Positions 59,913-64,000 of a stretch of DNA of 64,000 bases are shown here, piece by piece; position 1 is the stretch's first letter; the number at the start of each line of letters is the position of its first letter. Both the position numbers and the translations under genes were made by a program. The DNA comes from Candidatus Adlerbacteria bacterium (GTDB lineage: Bacteria; Patescibacteriota; Minisyncoccia; Phycocordibacterales; SBAW01), in NCBI GenBank assembly GCA_963749085.1, contig CAVVLG010000002.1, forward strand, positions 445,863 through 509,862, read 5' to 3'. The notes beneath the pieces were generated by a model, which worked only from the letters and a program-made list of their open reading frames with translations, searched no databases and was not told the origin of the DNA.

Positions 59913-60842
59913 TTATTTCTTTAGCGACAAAGTACGTCTTAAGGAAGCTAGGGCTTTCTCTTGAGCATCCATGTCCTCGTTGATATTTCCAGACGACTCA
60001 GCAAAGGCCATCTCGATAAGTCTTAAATCCTGCTCCGAAGAAGCACTTTCAACCATATTTAGCATATGCGCTTCATAAGGAGCCCAAGGTAGTTCCTTTG
60101 AGCCTTGTCTCATTTTCTCTGCTTTCTTTGTCCCGAGCAACGAGTCGACTTTTTCCTGAAGTTGTATCGCTTCGGTCGTTTGAGTCTCGTAACGCTCCTT
60201 GAGCTCGCCAAAGATACGCTTAATGTCTGTCGACAACTTTTCCTTGCCTTCTTCCAAAGAATCGAGTTCTTCCTGACTAAATGACCGTGGTTGATTTGCT
60301 CGAACTGCTAAAAAATCTACGACATTATTTTCTCGACTAACGCCGCCTTCTTCCTGTCCCGTTTCTGCCGGATGGACTTCACCGTAAAGCGAAGATCCAA
60401 GAAGATTCATTCTGTTCTGAAATTCCAGAAACTTATCAGGAGGAATTCCTCCTTTTTTTTTCCAATCACGGAGCCTTGTTTGCGCGTCAGCGTGCCAAGA
60501 TTTTGCTGAAGCGATATCTTGTGTCGCGAAAAAACCGTCAGCTCGCGCAAGCACGTTAGAGATTTCAGCACTCGGGAGTTGAGCAATCATTTCGCGCGCC
60601 TCATCATTAAAAGCAGACACGTCTACTCCCGCCTCTTCAGCGGAGGTTAAATTTTTCTGAAGATCTTCCCACACGGTATCTCCAAACATACGCTCCCCTC
60701 GCAAGGTCTTGCGAGCATGAGCCATTCTTGACTTAAGCACTTGAATTTCCCGAGAATCCTCAGGACTGCTTTCCAAGTCTTGATCTGGAGCGACTTCAGG
60801 TTTTTTCTTGGGTGGCGAATTAAAAGGATTTTCAGCTGACAT
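59913..60842 (-). CDS. Hypothetical acidic coiled-coil protein
   Basis: 309-aa ORF, no recognisable motif. Confidence 0.5.
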   Translation of the reverse strand: MSAENPFNSPPKKKPEVAPDQDLESSPEDSREIQVLKSRMAHARKTLRGERMFGDTVWEDLQKNLTSAEEAGVDVSAFNDEAREMIAQLPSAEISNVLARADGFFATQDIASAKSWHADAQTRLRDWKKKGGIPPDKFLEFQNRMNLLGSSLYGEVHPAETGQEEGGVSRENNVVDFLAVRANQPRSFSQEELDSLEEGKEKLSTDIKRIFGELKERYETQTTEAIQLQEKVDSLLGTKKAEKMRQGSKELPWAPYEAHMLNMVESASSEQDLRLIEMAFAESSGNINEDMDAQEKALASLRRTLSLKK

Positions 60843-60917
60843 GGCTCGTTCGGTTAGAGTTTATAAAGCAAGATGGACTTTCAATATTATAACTCATTTC
60901 CGTGTTTTTGATGTCTC

Positions 60918-60962
60918 CAGACCCTCCTGGACTCCCAGGAGGGTCTGCGTCATCCATTAGAC
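60918..60962. promoter_or_regulatory. Perfect 13-bp inverted repeat with 4-bp spacer (cagaccctcctgg-actc-ccaggagggtctg) plus conserved gcgtcatccatt box, 23 nt upstream of recombinase 2
   Basis: Palindrome seen directly; shares about 75% identity with the element upstream of recombinase 1. Confidence 0.6.
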
Positions 60963-60984
60963 CGTTAACAATTAACGGCAATAT

Positions 60985-62310
60985 ATGGAAACAGCAACGA
61001 TTCAAGGTGGTTTTGGGGCGGCAGTCGCTCCCGCAGAGGCCGTGTCTCTTAAGTACTGTCTGTACGCGAGAAAAAGCACGGAATCGGAAGAACAGCAGGT
61101 GTTGAGCATCGATAGCCAGATAAAGGAGATGCTAGCCTTAGCTGAGAAAGAGAAGTTAGAGATCGTAGAGATCAAGCGCGAAAGCCATTCCGCCAAAGAA
61201 GCCGGAGCGCGTCCGGTCTTCAACGAGATTGTGGACGAGATACGCACTGGGAAGTTCAACGGGATATTAACGTGGGCACCCGATCGTATATCACGCAATG
61301 CCGGAGACTTGGGACGCATAGTGGACTTGATGGATAGTAAGCACCTCGTCGACATCCGCACCTATGGCCAGCGCTTCGGCAACAATCCGAATGAGAAGTT
61401 TCTTCTGATGATTCTCGGGAGCCAAGCGAAGCTCGAGAACGACAACAAGCGCATTAACGTAAAGCGCGGATTGAAGGCGAGAGCGGAGATGGGGTTGTTC
61501 CCGTGCACCGCGCCGACGGGATACTTCAACGACAACCGAAGTGACCATCGCTGCGAGATTGTCATCGATCCGATTCGCGCGCCCTTGATGAAGCAGATGT
61601 TCGAGAAGGTTGGTCAGGAACGGTGGAGCGGGAGAAAGACCTACTTGTGGCTCAAGAACGATGCTCGATTTACGAGCAAGAGCGGCAAGGCCTTGAGCTT
61701 GAGCAATGTATACAACTTGCTTCGCAATCCCTTCTTCTGCGGCGTGTTCGAGTATCCAAGAGGCAGTGGGAGCTGGTATACCGGCAAGCATCAGTCGCTC
61801 ATCTCACAGGAGCTGTTCCAAGCAGTCCAAGAAAAGCTCGCCGAGGAAACGCGCAAGAAAACCGCCCGCAACGACTTCACCTTCACCAAGCTCATGACCT
61901 GCGGTCTCTGCGGCTCCGGCATCACGGCTCAGGAGAAATCGAAAGCGCTCAAGGACGGTTCGACCAACTGGTACATCTATTACTCCTGCACCAAGAGCCG
62001 AGACAAATCCTGCAAGAACCCATTTGTACGTGAGGACTACCTTGTCACACAACTTCTCGGTATCATCGACCAAATCAGTATCGACGAGATTGGGGCACGC
62101 TCACTGATTGAACGTGAGGTTGCGAGATACAACACGCTGCGTGCGGAGGTGGAGGGTGTGCCGGAAACCCTTAAAGCCAATGAAATGGACTTCAGAAAGT
62201 ATGCGAAGTATCTTCTCAAGAACGGGAGTCCAACTGAGCAACGAGAATTGCTTGAGCACTTGCGGAACCGACTTGTGCTGAAAGACCGACAAATCGCACT
62301 CGAGAGCTAA
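60985..62310 (+). CDS. Large serine recombinase, paralog 2
   Basis: [19 protein letters not shown]..., [10 protein letters not shown]...CTKSRDKSC zinc ribbon; about 70% identical to 57178-58509. Confidence 0.88.
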   Translation: METATIQGGFGAAVAPAEAVSLKYCLYARKSTESEEQQVLSIDSQIKEMLALAEKEKLEIVEIKRESHSAKEAGARPVFNEIVDEIRTGKFNGILTWAPDRISRNAGDLGRIVDLMDSKHLVDIRTYGQRFGNNPNEKFLLMILGSQAKLENDNKRINVKRGLKARAEMGLFPCTAPTGYFNDNRSDHRCEIVIDPIRAPLMKQMFEKVGQERWSGRKTYLWLKNDARFTSKSGKALSLSNVYNLLRNPFFCGVFEYPRGSGSWYTGKHQSLISQELFQAVQEKLAEETRKKTARNDFTFTKLMTCGLCGSGITAQEKSKALKDGSTNWYIYYSCTKSRDKSCKNPFVREDYLVTQLLGIIDQISIDEIGARSLIEREVARYNTLRAEVEGVPETLKANEMDFRKYAKYLLKNGSPTEQRELLEHLRNRLVLKDRQIALES

Positions 62311-62313
62311 CGC

Positions 62314-62340
62314 AAAAGCCGGAGCGAATCTCCGGCTTTT
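62314..62340. terminator. Rho-independent terminator after recombinase 2 (aaagccggag-cgaat-ctccggctttt)
   Basis: Hairpin plus T-run. Confidence 0.7.
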
Positions 62341-62506
62341 ACGGGCAAACACCCTGCACGGTATCGCACTTTTTACGATGCCTCACGGACGTTAATTAGG
62401 TCTCTGACTGCGGTGCCCCTGCTCGGTCTCGACCCTGTGTGGGTGAGACCCTGTAAGGCTTCTTTAGGGGATTCCAGTATAGCAGAGCGAGGCCGCTCGG
62501 TCTGGG

Positions 62507-62565
62507 GCAAAACCGAACAAACCGAACACGGAAACAGGGTGTTTGAGTGTTCGCTTTTTGTTCAG
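62507..62565. repeat. Hairpin repeat element B (related to 52817-52880)
   Basis: ggcaaaaccgaacaaaccgaacac...gtgttcgctttttgttc. Confidence 0.7.
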
Positions 62566-62758
62566 AAATGGGACGAATGGGACACTTTTTGCATGATTTT
62601 GAAGTGTCCCATTTTGAGAGACAGGTGTCTTATTCGCCTCTAGAAAATGGCTCAGCCATATAAAAATGAGACAAATGAGACACTATTTGAGGGTATTTGA
62701 GGAGTGCCCCATTTTCAGGAGGCTCCAAAATATGCCTTAATCGCAGGACCTTGATGGC

Positions 62759-62787
62759 TTGACAAAACCGTTTTTTGGGTATATAAT
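62759..62787 (+). promoter_or_regulatory. Consensus sigma-70 promoter (TTGACA-17 nt-TATAAT) with structured about 120-nt leader
   Basis: ttgacaaaaccgttttttgggtatataat; the leader contains a perfect 10-bp inverted repeat cgccatagcg...cgctatggcg (62822-62879) and an AAAGGAA RBS before the ATG at 62919. Confidence 0.65.
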
Positions 62788-62918
62788 TGCCAACAAAGTT
62801 CCTTTATAACCTACTTGTAATCGCCATAGCGTAGAGATGCTTATTGATAGGCATTTGTGCGCTATGGCGAAACGCAATACCGTGTTAGCCCGCTAGCGTA
62901 GTCCGAAAGGAACTGACC

Positions 62919-63311
62919 ATGTCAGAACATGCTCAGCTGATGGTCCGCGACATTCGCGGCCCGTTCTCGCAACTGCTCGTCAACCTCTCTGGAGACAACG
63001 GTCAGGAATGGCTCAATGCGCTCCAGTGGTTTCTCCGTAAGGAGAACCCGTGGTCTCATTGCACCGATACGTCCATTCTGGACAAGTTAATTAAGGACGT
63101 TTTTACGTCAGAAGTCGTTATGAAGCAGGGGATTAAGAATGGCCGTCGTGTAATCTCGGACCGTCTTGCTCTTGATCAAATTCTCACTATCGGAGATCTT
63201 GTCAAGCTTTCGGAAAGAGAACTGTTTCGTATTCCATTTTTCGGCAAAAAGTATGTCGGCGTCATTAAGGAAGTGCTCGCCGGCTACGGACTCCATCTCG
63301 CTAACGACTGA
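62919..63311 (+). CDS. Small protein with RNA polymerase alpha-subunit C-terminal-domain-like (helix-hairpin-helix) region
   Basis: C-terminal LDQILTIGDLVKLSERELFRIPFFGKKYVGVIKEVLAGYGLHL resembles the alphaCTD consensus (IGDL...TExELL...NFGKKSL.EI...L...GL.L). Confidence 0.55.
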   Translation: MSEHAQLMVRDIRGPFSQLLVNLSGDNGQEWLNALQWFLRKENPWSHCTDTSILDKLIKDVFTSEVVMKQGIKNGRRVISDRLALDQILTIGDLVKLSERELFRIPFFGKKYVGVIKEVLAGYGLHLAND

Positions 63312-63325
63312 TGCAATCTGTTCGC

Positions 63326-63354
63326 AACCCCACGCAATTCGGCGTGGGGTTTTA
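63326..63354. terminator. Rho-independent terminator (aaccccacgc-aattc-ggcgtggggtttt), first of a tandem pair
   Basis: Second related hairpin at 63405-63435 (gaaccccacacaatttggtgtgggggttttt); the pair lies between convergent genes. Confidence 0.7.
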
Positions 63355-63449
63355 CTTTGAAAATTGAGCCTTTGAATGAAGGCATCGAATAGCCTCTCAA
63401 ACGGGAACCCCACACAATTTGGTGTGGGGGTTTTTACTTTACATAGATT

Positions 63450-63998
63450 TTATTCTACAGGAGGTACGGGATAACCCACAGCCTCAGCCAGTTCCCAAAA
63501 ATCCATTTTCTTCCTCTCAATAAGCACCTTTTGACACTCTGCCACTGCCTCGTCATAAGTAGTGAAAAGAGCACGGACAGCCTTCTTTTGTTTCTCATCT
63601 AAGCCTTCAAGTTCAGTCTCGATTTGACCTTGTCTCTCACGGGCGTACTCGGCCTGTCGCTCTATCCAACCGAGCATTTTCTTTCTGAACATTTCTTGCA
63701 TCTGAGGGTCAAGTTCCTCGCGAGTCTTTAGGCCCCGCATTTTCCTTGTCATATCAATTTGAAACTCTCTAAAGAGTGCGTCGGCTTCGCGCGTAAATAC
63801 CACTCCATCCATGCCCGAGGTGTTAAGGTCTGCAAGCGCCACACTACGTTCTACAAGACTCGATTCCGGTTTTAGATTTGGCTGGTATAAAACCTGCTTT
63901 TTTTGAGTAAGGCTAAAAATATGTCCGGGCACTGTTACCAATATTGCCTTCCTTACTAGCTCGCATTCTGCATCAGTAAACACTTTTTGCTCTTTCAT
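63450..63998 (-). CDS. Hypothetical coiled-coil protein (N-terminus may lie beyond window end)
   Basis: 182-aa ORF reaching the window edge. Confidence 0.45.
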   Translation of the reverse strand: MKEQKVFTDAECELVRKAILVTVPGHIFSLTQKKQVLYQPNLKPESSLVERSVALADLNTSGMDGVVFTREADALFREFQIDMTRKMRGLKTREELDPQMQEMFRKKMLGWIERQAEYARERQGQIETELEGLDEKQKKAVRALFTTYDEAVAECQKVLIERKKMDFWELAEAVGYPVPPVE

Positions 63999-64000
63999 CC

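Noticed and set aside
1-64000. CRISPR arrays or cas genes
   Set aside because: No regularly spaced direct repeats with unique spacers were seen. The only tandem identical repeats are the two IS copies and the 75-bp pair.

Overview
This 64-kb window appears to be a segment of a small, mostly minus-strand-coded bacterial genome at about 50% GC. Gene content and synteny (unlinked rRNA genes, no rplA beside rplK, compact tRNA synthetases, large Ser/Thr/Asn-rich surface proteins) look like Candidate Phyla Radiation (CPR)/Patescibacteria, but that is inference, not proven.

Housekeeping core, 0-40 kb:
- Partial 23S rRNA 5' end, then rplJ-rplL, a cold-shock protein gene, ftsK, recA, an ECF sigma factor, efp, rpsF-ssb-rpsR, tatD and metG.
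- glyQS, recO, ileS, argS, then a thymidylate/folate block (tmk, glyA, thyA, dcd, folA, folB), secE-nusG-rplK, a DsbA-like gene and mscL.

Accessory region, 40-64 kb:
- A GC-rich islet carries a radical-SAM enzyme and a 62-aa peptide with three GANTGSxGA repeats, next to a divergent TrmB-family regulator.
- An M23 peptidase-NUDIX module is flanked by 75-bp direct repeats.
- tRNA-His, tRNA-Leu and tRNA-Val genes are present.
- A Ca2+/H+ antiporter operon with a small repeat-protein partner is present in two diverged copies.
- Two 100% identical, high-GC IS5/IS427-like elements bracket a Fis-like gene.
- Two paralogous large serine recombinases each carry a conserved upstream inverted-repeat site, within a 10-kb mosaic of iteron-like repeats.

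Other notable points:
- ileS carries an in-frame histidine-phosphatase-like domain insertion.
- Two genes are heavily frameshifted: a class-A beta-lactamase-like hydrolase and a giant surface protein of about 3.6 kb.
- No CRISPR array was found.
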